Shown: positions 9,848 through 22,862, counted from the whole stretch's first letter. The stretch is 63,972 nucleotides of DNA, filler included, from Salisapilia sapeloensis CBS 127946 (GCA_023334545.1; 16 parts of 16 records of this genome joined end to end with filler, not necessarily neighbours in it), one strand, 5' to 3'. Program-made: numbers and translations. The notes: generated by a model not told the origin, from the letters alone.

Positions 9848-11740
9848 GCGATAGGCATTATTCAGCTTCTCCTTGACAACGATGCCGATGCTACCGTAGT
9901 GAACGAAAATCACCAAACAGCTTTGGACTTGGCTGCTAGCGGAGGGTTGTTGGAATCAGTAAAGCTGCTCGTGGAAAATGGAGTGAATATTCATGTCTTT
10001 CATGAACATGGCTATTCATCACTTACTTATGCAATTGGAGGTTCTAATGGCGATTCGAGTGAAAAGACTGCGTTGTACCTACTAGCCCATGGCGCTTCCA
10101 TCAACCCTCAGAATGATGCTGGCCAAACGCTTTTACGTAGCGCGATTAGAAACAGGTTTCAACGAGTAACCGATGTGCTGTTAAAGCGAGGTGCGGATCC
10201 GTATGCAGTATACGATCATGCTGCGAGTATAAAGAGGGAGAACTGCAAAGATAAATCTGGATTTGAGTCGAACGCCCGTTTGGAACCGTTTACAAGCCTT
10301 GCAAAAGCCCTTAGCAGTAACAATCAAGAGACTGTGCAAGGCTTCTTACGTCAGTCAATCGTTCGAAGGTCAGTTGAGGAAATGATATCAAGATACGATG
10401 ACGTCAAAAAATCAATGGAGGCTCTCCCAGACTCGGGCTGGAAACGCACCCTTGCCTCTGTCCTACACAATCATGAACTGGACATGTTGTACTTTGCATT
10501 TATGACAGAGAATGCTACGAAGAGAGAAGCGATTTTCATTAGGGTCGATAAGAGCAAGAAATGGATGGAAAAAGCTACATTTACGGATGGGCTGACGTTG
10601 ATGCAGCGCGCTGTAGCTTTCCAAGATATGATGGCTCTGGAGCGTATGATCTGCCATCAACTAGATCCTTATGAAAGTACTAACGACCATAAATTGGTTT
10701 CCGAAACAGCAGAAAGGGAAAAGCTGAGGAATAAAATACGAGGCAGGGTCCTGGAGACAATGAAGCATCAGTACGCAGACTGTTCTCAGAGGCTGGTCGA
10801 TGACAGTGGAGAGACATCAACTCTAGAGCAAGAGAAGCGGATCCAATCAACGCTCTTCTTCTGTACCTCGGTCTATGAAATCGGCCTAGCCATATTATTT
10901 GCTATCGACCTCAATCCAACGACGCTCAAGAGAATTATTGAACAAGGGTTGGACATGGCCATCCATCGTTGTTTTGTCTTTGAAGATGAAGATCAAGAGT
11001 TCTTTATGGATTTCATGTCGAGACTGCTTGAGAAAAATTTGCTTTCAGAGCGAGAGAAGGAAAAATTCTTCGTGAGAGCATTAAAAGTCAACATGGAGAA
11101 TACCCCATGGGTACGAGACATTAAAGCTTCAATACGAAAGCTCGACGAACGTATGATAGCTACTGAAAAGGGTGTAGCGGCACTTAAGATTAACTTTAAA
11201 GCACTTGAAACAGCCCTGGAAGATATGGAAAGACGGGAAGCAAGGATCGAAAAGATTGGAATGGCCCTAACACTCACTTGCGTATCCCTCATTTGTGTCG
11301 GAGGGTATGCTGCGAAAGAAATCATCTGCCATGTAGTCTTAAACAAAGGCTCGATGACTGTGCCCGAGGCCATAAAGAGCTTTTTAAAGAATATTAATAG
11401 CAGTAAGGTGGTCAATGAAGGGTTGAAAATTGCGCTTAGCAAAGCATTAATCCCTGTCAATGTCTTTATGACAAAGATGCTAAAAACAGAATCCGAATTA
11501 GACGTCGATGACGAGAAAGCAGCCTGTGTGCAAGTAGATGGGAGGAAGAAATCGAATGACAGTTTACATCAAAATGGTCCGCTGAAAAAGAGCGAAGTGG
11601 GGCGTGGAAACACCGATCGCGAAAACGTGGATGATGGGACTCAGCGCTCGAGCATGGTCACGCTCGCTTTGATTGTCGTCATTGTTGCCTACATCTTGTA
11701 CTCAGGTGGATTGGTTCGCATGCTGTCAAATGCATCATGA
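9848..11740 (+). CDS. Ankyrin-repeat protein with helical domain, coiled coil, hydrophobic helix and C-terminal TM (5'-truncated); paralogue of 39131-41899
   Basis: The frame is open from the contig edge. ANK motifs: HQTALDLAA, GYSSLTYAI, GQTLLRSAI..LLKRGADP. Long shared blocks with the 39131 protein (QGFLRQSI; IKASIRKLDERM). C-terminal TM LALIVVIVAYILYSGGLV. Confidence 0.85.
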   Translation, partial: AIGIIQLLLDNDADATVVNENHQTALDLAASGGLLESVKLLVENGVNIHVFHEHGYSSLTYAIGGSNGDSSEKTALYLLAHGASINPQNDAGQTLLRSAIRNRFQRVTDVLLKRGADPYAVYDHAASIKRENCKDKSGFESNARLEPFTSLAKALSSNNQETVQGFLRQSIVRRSVEEMISRYDDVKKSMEALPDSGWKRTLASVLHNHELDMLYFAFMTENATKREAIFIRVDKSKKWMEKATFTDGLTLMQRAVAFQDMMALERMICHQLDPYESTNDHKLVSETAEREKLRNKIRGRVLETMKHQYADCSQRLVDDSGETSTLEQEKRIQSTLFFCTSVYEIGLAILFAIDLNPTTLKRIIEQGLDMAIHRCFVFEDEDQEFFMDFMSRLLEKNLLSEREKEKFFVRALKVNMENTPWVRDIKASIRKLDERMIATEKGVAALKINFKALETALEDMERREARIEKIGMALTLTCVSLICVGGYAAKEIICHVVLNKGSMTVPEAIKSFLKNINSSKVVNEGLKIALSKALIPVNVFMTKMLKTESELDVDDEKAACVQVDGRKKSNDSLHQNGPLKKSEVGRGNTDRENVDDGTQRSSMVTLALIVVIVAYILYSGGLVRMLSNAS

Positions 11741-14700
11741 TTTCGAGAAGATATAGAGTCGTGGTAGGAATGCCAAGACCTAGAAAAATGAAATGTAATT
11801 CACTTTAAATTTTAAACGTATAAAATACTCTTCCTTAATATTGCTCGCAATATGCAGAGTGCTTCGTAACAAAATAGTATGGTGAACCGACAGCATGCCA
11901 AGATCAGTGATGAAGGAAACGAATCTTATAAAATGCAAGTTGCTTAAATGTCAACTAAAACCAAGAGGAGGCAATAGATATCAAAACATAAGTATTTATA
12001 TCGATCATGAGAGCTCCCTATCGAGAGCAACAACTTTGCAACGTACGATTGTGAATATCTTCATCGTTTTAAAAGCTATTCTGAGTGCATCCACCCAATT
12101 ATGGTGTGCATGTCTATAGAGCTGACGAGGACAAATTTATTGCATAGACATAGGCGATTTTATCGGAATGCTTCATTATAGCCATAACCATGACGCCTTA
12201 AGAGCGCGGAGGTCATATATTGAAAGACTGCAAAGGTAAACAAAGCTCGATGTTCATGCTTGTTGTGTGCATGTCACGAGTAAAGATCGTCAATTTATGT
12301 TTCTGCATAGTGGCTAGAGAATGTTAAATCAATTTTCCAACTCTGTGTCGTGCAAAGGATGTTGCAGGCCCATTTAAAGCAGCATATGCGTGGCAATATA
12401 TGGTTGGTCTAAGAAGTTAAAGAATTCTGCAGCACAAATTGATGTCAATCGCTGAATGGTTACTTAAGGCGTCCGATACTCGCATGATTGGAAGTGTGTA
12501 GCTCTTTGCTCTGGAATGCTAGATCTACAGAGCAGGTAAAGGGGCTATTGCGATAAGAACGAGTGCATTGACCTAAGATTAAAAGCACTATCTCCAATCT
12601 TCAACTCATACCCAATATATTGCGTACGATTGTGATAGTAGCCTAGCAGGTTAAGCTAGTACTTGTAGGTATATAGATCCTACTCTCTCGGTGCTCTTTT
12701 AGCAGAAGTATCAGCTACAAGTCTCTGCTTCGACGCAATCAGCATAGATTTTCATTATAGATGGCCTCTTTACACTTAGCCCTTATTTTTTACTTGCATT
12801 CATGTCTCTTTCTCCTAGATAGACCGCACGACATCGATACGGAAGGCAGTACATTTCTTTGGTAGTACCCGGCTGTGCTGAGCATGTCATCTTACGCATA
12901 AGGTACCGTCACACAAGTTTTATAATCGTCTTTTTCACTACTGATAAAGGATCGAATGAATGATGAATAAAGGTCCAAATAATCTTCATGTTACTATTCC
13001 GCTAGATTATATGTAAATTGTATTTAATTATCAATTACACTCTGACTATTTTTATCTTCCATCTTCCAAGCCAGAAACTATACCTACAATTGTATCTTGA
13101 AATGATGCGTCTTTTGGGCTACTTACGATATATTAAGTTCGGTCCAGCACACTCCAATCGCGTGCCAGTCTACTAATCTAGCACATAAAAAGAGAAGGGC
13201 TGAAAATGAATGGGTGTGTATGAAGAAGCTGATGATGAAACTTCTTGCGTCGTCTTTGAGTACGAAATGCTTGTTTACTTTCGAACACGACACGTCACGG
13301 AGTATGCCAGTGTGGTCTGTACATGTTTTCAAACCACTTTAAAAGAACAACAATATCAATCTGTAGATTCATCCTATACGCTTTGTCGTCTTTAAGATTT
13401 ATATTGTAGATAGTAACTTTGCTCGTCCATAAAATAACGATACGCATAGGTGTAGAAAAGCTAAGGTGCAGCGAGTCAAGAGGTGATATTACCCGAAACT
13501 GCTTACGTTTAAACAGGACTCAATTACTATAAATATATGAGCTTCCAAACATGATTGAGTCGAGCCTGATTTCCATTTTCTTCTTCGCTTTATACTGAGG
13601 AACCGTTGCAATATCTCACAGGTTGCAAGCACGCCACTTTTGTAAGTGAACAATCCGATGGAAAGAAACCTTTGCGATTCGTACGCACGTGAAGCGAATG
13701 GGTGGGCTGCATTTAGAAGAATCCAGTTAATTTCATTCGTGGAAGGATATATATCACATAAGAGTCATACTCTAGGTTCATATGACTACATGCACCTTTA
13801 CTACCTGCCAAGTGGGAAGAATAGTAAAACATGGGAAAACAGACCGATAAAAATACTTGTTCGTATTTCACCTGCTACGAGCGATTTGCTCTCTTGAGCA
13901 CATTTCGAACAGTTTCTGTCATAGCATTGCATCACTATCACTCGTCGCTTTAGTATAGATCCTTTGTGAAACCATCCACAGAATGGATTTCCTTTCTCTT
14001 CGCGAATTGCATACATGAATTTAGTTCAGATATCATACAGCCTACCAAGTCTCAAGTCAACTCAAGACTGTGTCTTTTAAAAACATTTATCGATGGAGTT
14101 TTTTCGAGCAACGANNNNNNNNNNNNNNNNNNNNNNNNNNNNNNNNNNNNNNNNNNNNTTAATTAATTAANNNNNNNNNNNNNNNNNNNNNNNNNNNNNN
14201 NNNNNNNNNNNNNNCTGCAAGAACGCATCTAATCCTTCGCTTCAATTTGAATCAAACTACCGTTACCTCTCAATCGCGTCTGCATTGCGTTGTACTCTTT
14301 TCGATGAAAGCAGTTATGATGTACCCAAAGACCACGTCATCGATCGCTGTATGCCACTTCTGTCAAATATTGACCCATTAGACTTTTCATTTCTTACATC
14401 TACCAAGCTGCCATAGGCTTTAGCTGCCACTACTTCGCCATCTCGTTGTACTCACCCGACTAGACTTGTGCATACCTATCTTGATTCTTAAACGAGTCTT
14501 CGACGAAGGCAACGTGGACGTGTACCTTGGACGCTGGTACAAATGCACTTCCGACTGGCCGACAGTCTACTGCGTACACGCCACAAGATCTGGTATTTCG
14601 CCTCGCCGTATGCCATCTATAACCTTCAAATCTGCTTTCATTCTGGCCAGAACGCCACTCGGGTGTAGTCACACTAGTCCCGACGGATCTGGTGCCACCA

Positions 14701-14951
14701 GAACACGTACAGCGATCAAGAGACTCGAAGGACACATCGGTGGCTTCCGAGATGACACAACAAAGACCTCTCGCGTGATCGCTACAACTGCATGGATACA
14801 AGGAACAGTGTGATGCTTGCTGTGCAGGGGTCGAGCTATCAAAGTGGCAAAGACGAAACGCGTACTGACACCCGAGACACTCTTATAGACACGCACGCGT
14901 AAGAGCTACCAGAGCAACCTACTTCTATTTAAATGACGCCGACTACAACTG

Positions 14952-16041
14952 CTAGAAGCCCCAGTCGCCAGGTCCTTTGCCAGAAAAGACCTTCTCCACC
15001 GCATGCACCATCCACCGAGAGTTGTCCGGAACCGCCCGAGCCTGCTTCTCCATCTGCTCCACCACTCGCTCGCACGAAGAGGCATATTTTTCCGGAAACC
15101 CCTCCAGCCGTCGCGCCCAGAACCTGTACATGGCCCCAGCCGACGTCTCCAAGCTCTCCTTGCCACGGTCCACCCACTCTCCTGTCATGACAGTTTATAC
15201 GATATCAGCACAAGAGCGAAAGAGCAAACAAACAAAAGCACGAACCGATGCCTCCGGAGGGAAACGCTGGCGGCAGGTGCGGACTCGGAACCGAAGGAAG
15301 AGGCTCCTTCTCCACCAAATCTCCACCGCCCGCAGCCTCGGACGAGTCGGACGGAATACTGTATCCGCCCTTCTCCAGCTCCTTCTTGATCCGCCTCTTG
15401 AGCTCCTTCCGCTCCTTGGCCCGCTGCATCCGCTCCTCTGCGTCCTCCTCCGTCTCCTCCGAAACTTCTTGCTGGACCACCATCAGCGGAATGCCCTTCA
15501 CGAGAGGCAGCTTGTGGTGCTTGGTCACCCACTCTCTCGAGTACAGGGACAGCCCCACGCCTACGAACATGAACGACTCCTTCTCGTCCCCTTCTTCCTC
15601 GTGGTCAACCCCCGGCTCGGACGAATCCTCCAGGTGCATCGCCCCTGGGATCGAAGCTACTCAAAGTTAGACATGGAGGTACAAGCATGCGCTGAGGAGA
15701 GTCCGTACGCTGCCTCGCCATGAGCTCTTCCAGCTGATAGGCTTTGCCATTGCCTCCTTTTTGCAGCCCAAAGCACTTGGGCTTCCTGCCACTCTTGACC
15801 ATCTGACTATTCCGTCCCAAAGCCATTCCGTTAGCTCCGTATGCATCGATACGACCTAGAGAGACCTGACGACGTACGATGTCAGGACGGAGAAGCCGAA
15901 GCAGACGCTGCACTCCTTCTCATCTGTCGGCGGGCTCTGCTCTTCCTCCCGACGCTCCTCAGACTCCACTCCGTCCGAACGCGCGGTCTCGTCCCCACCT
16001 TCCGTCGACACCATTTCGATCGATTTCGTACCTGATTCCAT
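14952..16041 (-). CDS. Multi-exon conserved hypothetical protein
   Basis: Exons splice through GT..AG introns: ..EKECSVCFGFSVLTS|QMVKSGRKPKCFGLQ..MARQ|..FMFVGVGLSLYSREW..LPLVKGIPLMV..|..MYRFWARRLEGF..GDWGF*. The start is either 16041 or 16116. Confidence 0.7.
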
Positions 16042-16114
16042 TCGTGTCGTCGCACTTGATCGAAAGTCTCCGCCAGCGTCTTTGAGATGGTACACTGTAC
16101 CACTCCTGCCGGTC

Positions 16115-17108
16115 ATGACGGACTCGACCTCCTTCCCACGGTCCTACGCGCTGCCTTTCGAGCGGGACTACGACCGACTGGACTCGCAGATCAGCCAGGC
16201 CAAGTGCGACGAGCTGAGAGAAAATGGCTACGCTGTCATTGACGACTGCTTCGGCCGTGGATGGGCATCGGCGCTGCTGGACGAGATGAAGTGGCTGCAC
16301 GAGCAGGGCCACTTCTTCCCGAACAAGACGCAGTTCACGAGCGGCAGCCGAGTCTTCCAGTACGCCAAGCCCAACATCTTCGAAGTCGACCTCCACAATG
16401 AGCAGCTGAGGGCCAAGGTGCCGGAGCTCGACGCCCTGTTCCACTCGAACCAAGAGTTCCTCCAGATCATCGGCAAGAAGCTCCCGGACCTCGACTTGCA
16501 GTTCACGTCGAGCGACAAGACGCTCAAGCTGCAGCGGAACGCTGGCAACGGCGGCTGCTTCCCGTGCCACTACGACAACCCTGGGAAGCCCAACAAGCGC
16601 CGACTGACTTGCCTCCTGTACCTGAACGACGGCTGGCAGCCGGGAGACGGAGGAGAGGTGCAGCTCTATCCTTTCTTGAAGCCCAAGGTGACGGTCGCTC
16701 CAAAGATGGACCGGGTGGTCCTCTTCATGAGCGACTGGATGCTGCACCGGGTGCTGCCATCCCACAAGGAGCGTTTCTGCCTCACGATCTGGCTGGACGG
16801 ACAGAACGTGAATCTGGACGAGCATGCTCAGCTCAAGGTCACGCAGAGCGATCTGTCCGACTGGTTCAACTTTATGGAGAGATTGCGCAAGTCTCCCGTG
16901 CAGCGACTGCTGTCGAGAGGCGTGTACGAGGAAGAGTACTACGAGTCGCTCGCCGAGTGCATGAACGGGGCAGAGGAGGGCTTCAGCGCGATGCTGGAAG
17001 CCCACGAAAGCCACTTGGCGAAGATGAAGCAGAACGCCGGTCTGTGGCAGTTCATCGAGAGACTCAAACAGGCGAGGGACATGGCCGCCGGCGAAGATGT
17101 CTATCTGA
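16115..17108 (+). CDS. 2OG-Fe(II) oxygenase, EGLN/SM-20 prolyl-4-hydroxylase-like (3' end at the contig edge)
   Basis: HYD iron motif (CHYDNP), LTCLLYLN, GDGGEVQL, distal His (MLHRVLP) and 2OG-binding Arg (ERFCLTIW). Confidence 0.92.
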
Positions 17109-18721
17109 NNNNNNNNNNNNNNNNNNNNNNNNNNNNNNNNNNNNNNNNNNNNTTAATTAATTAANNNNNNNNNNNNNNNNNNNNNNNNNNNNNNNNNNNN
17201 NNNNNNNNATCGATAAGTAGAATTTGCCAAAACAGGAGCGAAACATAGAGGCGATCCATACTTTTCTTGATGGAAGAGGCTAGGAAGAGGTCAATCGGAA
17301 AGTGATGAAGACGGCATACAAGGACATGAAAAGATCACGATTCTACCTCGGGTGACGCATGTTCTACATTCTCGGCTCTATGCGTGGTTAATCTGCTAGA
17401 ACCGGTCATCCGAGGCCACCAAGAGACCTTGACAATTCAGCTTCAACATGAGAGTTTGGTAACTTTACGTCAAAGAAACGTTTTTCGTGTAAAGAGTTTG
17501 TTCTTGTTGCAAAGGTCTAGATGTACATAAAGCTAGAGACGTAAATATTATACGTGCAGAATCGATTGCAGGCTATACGTACGCAACCATGTTCGACCAG
17601 GGATCTCGTAGGTTCGTAGCCGAACGCAGATTGTACTAGATAATACCCTAGATGAGCAAAATATGCAAGCGATCGGGAAAGTTTCAATGATAAAGAGAGG
17701 CATCTCGTTCTATTCTATAGAAACCTGGTATGAGTAGCCCGAGTTCCTTTTCACCTCGGCTTGATCCTAGAGACCCAAGCGATTCGCTGCCGTCATATTA
17801 ACGCCACATTCTAACGATCTACCGCACACGAATATGCTTTTAGAGTGCAACTTTCCATTAGCTTCTTGGCATGCAACTCATCGGACTCATGGTGCTCACG
17901 CCCGTTCCGCCTCTCTCGTAGATTCCTCTTCGAGCTTGGGAGCTCACCTACTTTCGCTACTCTTGTAGCCAGTCGTCTGCATAGCTGCACAAACATCCCG
18001 CATGACCGTAGATGGCGACAGATCCTACGACCTCGTTCGTATTTGAAGCTTCTACTTTCTTGACACTACGAACTTTACGACATCTACTTTCATAATCTAC
18101 CTCATCTCTCGCAGTGGCTGCAGCACATCCCATTGCACAAAGGAGCATTTCTTCCTTCTATCAATAGCCACTGAGACTAGGCGACGTATACAAGATAGCT
18201 CGAGATGGCTACAATTCGGCTGAGGCATGGCGGAGAACAGAAGAAAGACGTAGTGAGGTGTCTTTCGTCTCCCGTGGACATCTAGTAGGTCCGACGGCTC
18301 ACTCTGCTCTATACATACAGTGCAGCCACAGACAACAGCGTGTAGACAATAGCTAGACCCAGGATAATTATGTGGTAACCTAGAATAAAGCGTATGAAAA
18401 TGGCAAGCAAGTCTTTCGCGACACTAAACGCTTGCATGCGTAGTCGCAAGGATCGTGTGGCTTCCAGCAATTGTACAAATATACCAAGTGCACTGCACGT
18501 GTCTTCTAGAACCATGTACTGCTAACGAATGACGATCCTGTCGACAGGTTACCAGATAGCTTTCTACTGTGCAGCGTCCGTCTCCACACTACTATCTCGT
18601 CCATACATCCCCTCTTTCGATTCAACCCAAATGGCTTCTACTACACTCATCCCACCACCCAAACGCCAAGACACACCTACAAAGGTCCAACCGCGAGCGA
18701 GAAGCAAATAGTTCAGTACAT

Positions 18722-20242
18722 TCATCTTGCATCCTCCAGACTATCCGACTCGGTCTCCTCCGACCGATCCTGTATCTCGTCCTGCGTCTGTGTCTGTGTC
18801 TGCGTCTGCGTCTGAGTCTGCGTCGGCTCATGCACCTGCGTCGACTGCTCGTACGACGGCGAGAGACGAACGAGGCTGCGGATGCACTCCTTCGGGTCCT
18901 CCACGTCGTACCCCCGGAAGGCATCGGCGTACGCTGCCGACACCAGCCGCCGGCTCTTCCACGTCGACGCCATCACCAGTCGATTCACGGCGTCCAGAGG
19001 CTCGTCCAGACTCTGAAGCTATAAGCACAAGAACGTTGGCATCCTGCACCCAATCTCACGAACAAACGAACAAACGAAAAAGCAAACAGACGCACCCTCT
19101 CCGCAGACGTCTTGACCGACTGGATGAACGCCTCCTGCTTGTCCACCACCGATTGAGACACCGGCAGCTCCAGACGCTTGCGAGACACCGACCGCCGAGA
19201 CGACGCAGTTGCCTCCGCCGCCGCCCTCGCCTCCTCCACCAGCTTCTCCTGCTTCTCCACCGCCCTCCGCCACGTATCCTCTGCCTCTTCCAGTCTATCT
19301 CCCGTCCGTTAGTCCAAGAGCATCAATCGGGGAACAATAAGCAGACGCACTCTTTCAGACGAGACGCATTGTCCTCCGACTGCGCCTTCAGACGAGGGTT
19401 CTCCGGGTTCGCCGTCCGGATCTACAGTCGACCAAAAGACACAAAAGCACGCACGTCAGCACTCTCCAAACGACTTCCCACAAACAAAACAAAGACACCA
19501 ACGTTCGACTCGCCGGCCTTGACCTCCCGCAGGAACGACACCTGCTCCGCCTTGACCGCCTCCAGACTGTCCTCCGCTACAAGATAAAAGTCAGCACACT
19601 GCACTAGCAACACAACGACACCCACACGCACTGAAGCGAGCGATCTCCTCCTTGGCGCCCGAATCGACAAACTTCCGAAGCACCCGACGGAGCTCCTTCC
19701 GGCACTGACTCTGGACCACGTGCAGCAGATCCAGCTGAGACTGCGACAGACTCGCCTGCAGCTGGTTGCGCGTCTCCAAGTCCTTTTGCTGCCACTCCCG
19801 CTGCTGCTTCACGATCGACTCGTCCTCCTGCTGCTGCCGCATCACCTCCAGAGCAGACAGAGCCTTGCCCTCCCCATCTCCTGCGCTAGACTTGGCCTTC
19901 TTGTTACCACTAGACGCAGAACTCGTCTTGCTAGCCGTCTGCTTCCGCTTCGGACGACCTCGCTTCGGCTTGTCTTCTGTCGCTGTCTTTGGTTTATCCT
20001 TTGAAGCCTTAGGCTTGTCCTTCGGCGCGCTCTTCCCGCTCTGCTTGGACCGGCCGAAATCCCCCGATACGCTCTCGCTCGGAGGCATCGGGAAACTCAC
20101 GCTCGCACTCGACTTTGCTCTACTCCATACCAATCAGCCTCCACGACGACACATACACACACACATCGAAAGCCTACGAGTCCTTGACGCGCCGCCGCCG
20201 CCGGTCTCGTCGGACCACAATAGCGTCCGTGAACGTCGTCAT
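18722..20242 (-). CDS. Multi-exon coiled-coil protein with basic N-terminus, possibly kinetochore Dsn1/Mis13-like
   Basis: Spliced product: Lys/Ser-rich N-terminus (KRGRPKRK), a coiled coil, then LELPVSQSVVDKQEAFIQSVKTSAER|LQSLDEPLDAVNRLV..AFRGYDVEDPKECIRSL, whose pattern resembles the Dsn1 C-terminus. Exon boundaries were inferred by eye. Confidence 0.55.
18783..18824. repeat. Coding hexamer microsatellite (TGYGTC)n encoding a TQ repeat
   Basis: tgcgtctgtgtctgtgtctgcgtctgcgtctgagtctgcgtc reads as TQTQTQTQTQTQ on the minus strand. Confidence 0.8.
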
Positions 20243-20433
20243 CCTTCCACTCCCGAATAAAGGTACCAAGGACGACCTAGGAGCAAGTCTACCTCGACTC
20301 CTTTTTCAAATGCCTCGTCAAACTCATCGTCTCNNNNNNNNNNNNNNNNNNNNNNNNNNNNNNNNNNNNNNNNNNNNTTAATTAATTAANNNNNNNNNNN
20401 NNNNNNNNNNNNNNNNNNNNNNNNNNNNNNNNN

Positions 20434-21500
20434 AGATGGAAGAGAAGAGGCTCCAGGTTTCTTCACACAAAGGATAGTCAGACGTTCCGGAGCTGTTGGC
20501 GCTTAGTATCGTCTGGCCATTCCCACCTTCACTGCTGCATTGGTACACGTACAGCAAGTAGTTTTCCGTATTCGGGATTTCACCCATGCGCTCGAGTGCG
20601 AAGACGACACACGACGCAAAGAAGATGGTGCATATGGCTTTAAACGCGAGAAGCAAGAGCTGCGTCGAGAAGGTCTTACGAGGGTAGAGTGAAAAGAGAC
20701 TATCTACGACGACGTAGAAAATGTATGCTCGGAGGAAACCAAAGTCTAGCCAGGAACGGAGACCGTCTTCCGTCTCGACTGACACGACAAAGTGCGATAC
20801 GATGGACAGGAGGTCGAAGAGGTTGTGGAACTGGACGCTGAACCTGGCTCTGTCACCAAAATAAGTCGTTTAGCTCATGCATGCAGCCTATCTTAAAAGA
20901 TCGGTAGACGTACTTTTGTCTCGAGGCTACCCATCGCATGCCGTACCCGACGGAAGCAGCAATCAAGAGTGCTGACTCAATCGACCAGGACGAAAAGTTC
21001 ACTGCTAGAGATCCCCCTCGCACCGCTATTTCAATAGATGAGTTAAAAGATCAGGATGAATGCGATTCACAGTCATACTCCAAGCGACACAGACGTAGGC
21101 GCACGTGAGAATCTGGACGATGTAGTTCTACCATGCATACCTTAATATATCTAAATTAAAGGAATTGGCAGCAAAGTACGTACTGCAGCTTTGGGCAGTG
21201 GAAGATCAAAGAAGCGTCGGAGATGCTCGACCCGAGCGTCAGAGCTCAGCTCAAGCCACTCGAAGAGCACCGAGGCGACTGCGATGGGCAGCTGGAAGAG
21301 CAGCCAGTAGCGAACTTGTATCCACAAGAGCCCCCATGAGACTGTATAACACTCTGGCGAGTCGTTCGTGATGGCACAGTCCATGCTTTATGTACTTGCG
21401 CACTTCCGAACGTATAGAGCAGTGACTGATAATCTCGACCAGATCCGACGCCTCAGCTGATGTAGCCCAATTTTCGTGTCAAATTATCCGGATGGGCAGA
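20434..21500 (-). CDS. Slo/BK-family (Ca2+/Na+-activated) K+ channel, N-terminal TM part, cut off just before the pore
   Basis: Spliced exons give SIESALLIAASVGYGMRWVASRQK..FHNLFDLLSIVSHFVV..RSWLDFGFLRAY..LLAFKAICTIFFASCVVFALERMGE..WSLFSSI, matching the S2-S5 layout of Slo channels (RSWLGLRFLRA; HLVENSGD). The 5' boundary is approximate. Confidence 0.72.
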
Positions 21501-22862
21501 CGAGGCAGCCACTATTGGTCGATGAAAATTTGTTGAACTGACCACACTTCAGGACGAGTTAGAAACTTGGCGACTAGGAAAACTAAACGAACTTTGTACG
21601 ATCACAGGAGCTTTTGATTTGATTAAATGTACTTGGAGCATCAGCGGATGTGCCTTGTTTTTCGGAATTGTAAGGGTCCATTCTTGAAAAGAAGGGCATG
21701 GAGTTGTGGGTGACAAAGCGTCAGCAGCTTCACTAGCTCTATCAATTGCTGACCGACGCGAACAGTTTCACAGTAAGTAGAGTGGAGGTTGACTGCGATC
21801 CAGTGTGGCATATATAAATTTGATCGACAGTCGCCATCGTTTGTCCGAACAATCGTTCTGTGGTTTGTCGTGATAACTTGGACGGGAGATACCACTCGGC
21901 CATTGAAAGCGCAGCAATTGCTTCGAACATGCAGCTGAAAAAAGACTCCAAAGACGATAATTCCAATGAAGACGCTATATGGGAGAGGCAAGCAGCTGGT
22001 AGTGCCACAGTTGCAACTGAAAGGAAAAAAGCTCGTCATTTCACTCGTCTCGACCAGGTGGGAAATTCGGAAGTGACTTAAGAGATGATAAAGATGTAAC
22101 CTTGATTTTGCTGATAGGCAATGACGCAAGATGGCGCCATTCGAATCAACAACACGATCTAAGAAGTATCTACCTACAACCAAGGATACATATAGTAAAA
22201 TCAGAATCGTTGGTTGACTGAAGTTCAATGCTGAAAGCCTCTTCAAAGCGATCGATCTCCTTCAAGGACCAAAAGGATTGAATGATTATATATATGAGGG
22301 CTAGTTCGGACAGGGCATTCAAATTACGTAACGTTAGACGTACTCCAACTTGCCGGAGATGGTCTCACTTCAACAAGGTCTATCAAGTAGCGTATCCGGG
22401 TACATGCGCAAGCCCATTCGAAATACTTTCATCCATGCATTTTCGAAGAATGGATATATATTCCATGGCTACGCATGACAACGAACCACACTCTGGCTAT
22501 CGCCCGCAGTATTCACTTAGGTAGGACCTTGATTTTCAACTATGATATCTGGAAAGGTAATTAATAAATACATTAAATTCACCTTTCGATTCAAGGCTGC
22601 TTCCTTCATATCAATCCGCTTTGGACGGATTTAGACGTTTATGTCGATCCAAGACTACCACGTTTTACTTTGACATTCATTTCTTAATATTTGTGGTTGA
22701 TCAACGATACAGGTTTAAGTTCCTATACGAGCGACAGCTTTGAGTAGCTCAAGACATTCTCTCGACCTACTTCATACACACATATATGTAGATAAATATA
22801 TTAATATATGTTCATGACAGACTACAGAGCAGGATTAAACACCTATGCAAACGCTAGATAAT

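Noticed and set aside
14466-14813. ORF with VYLGRWYK, resembling lipocalin motif 1
   Set aside because: The rest of the ORF lacks lipocalin features and there is no signal peptide; likely chance.
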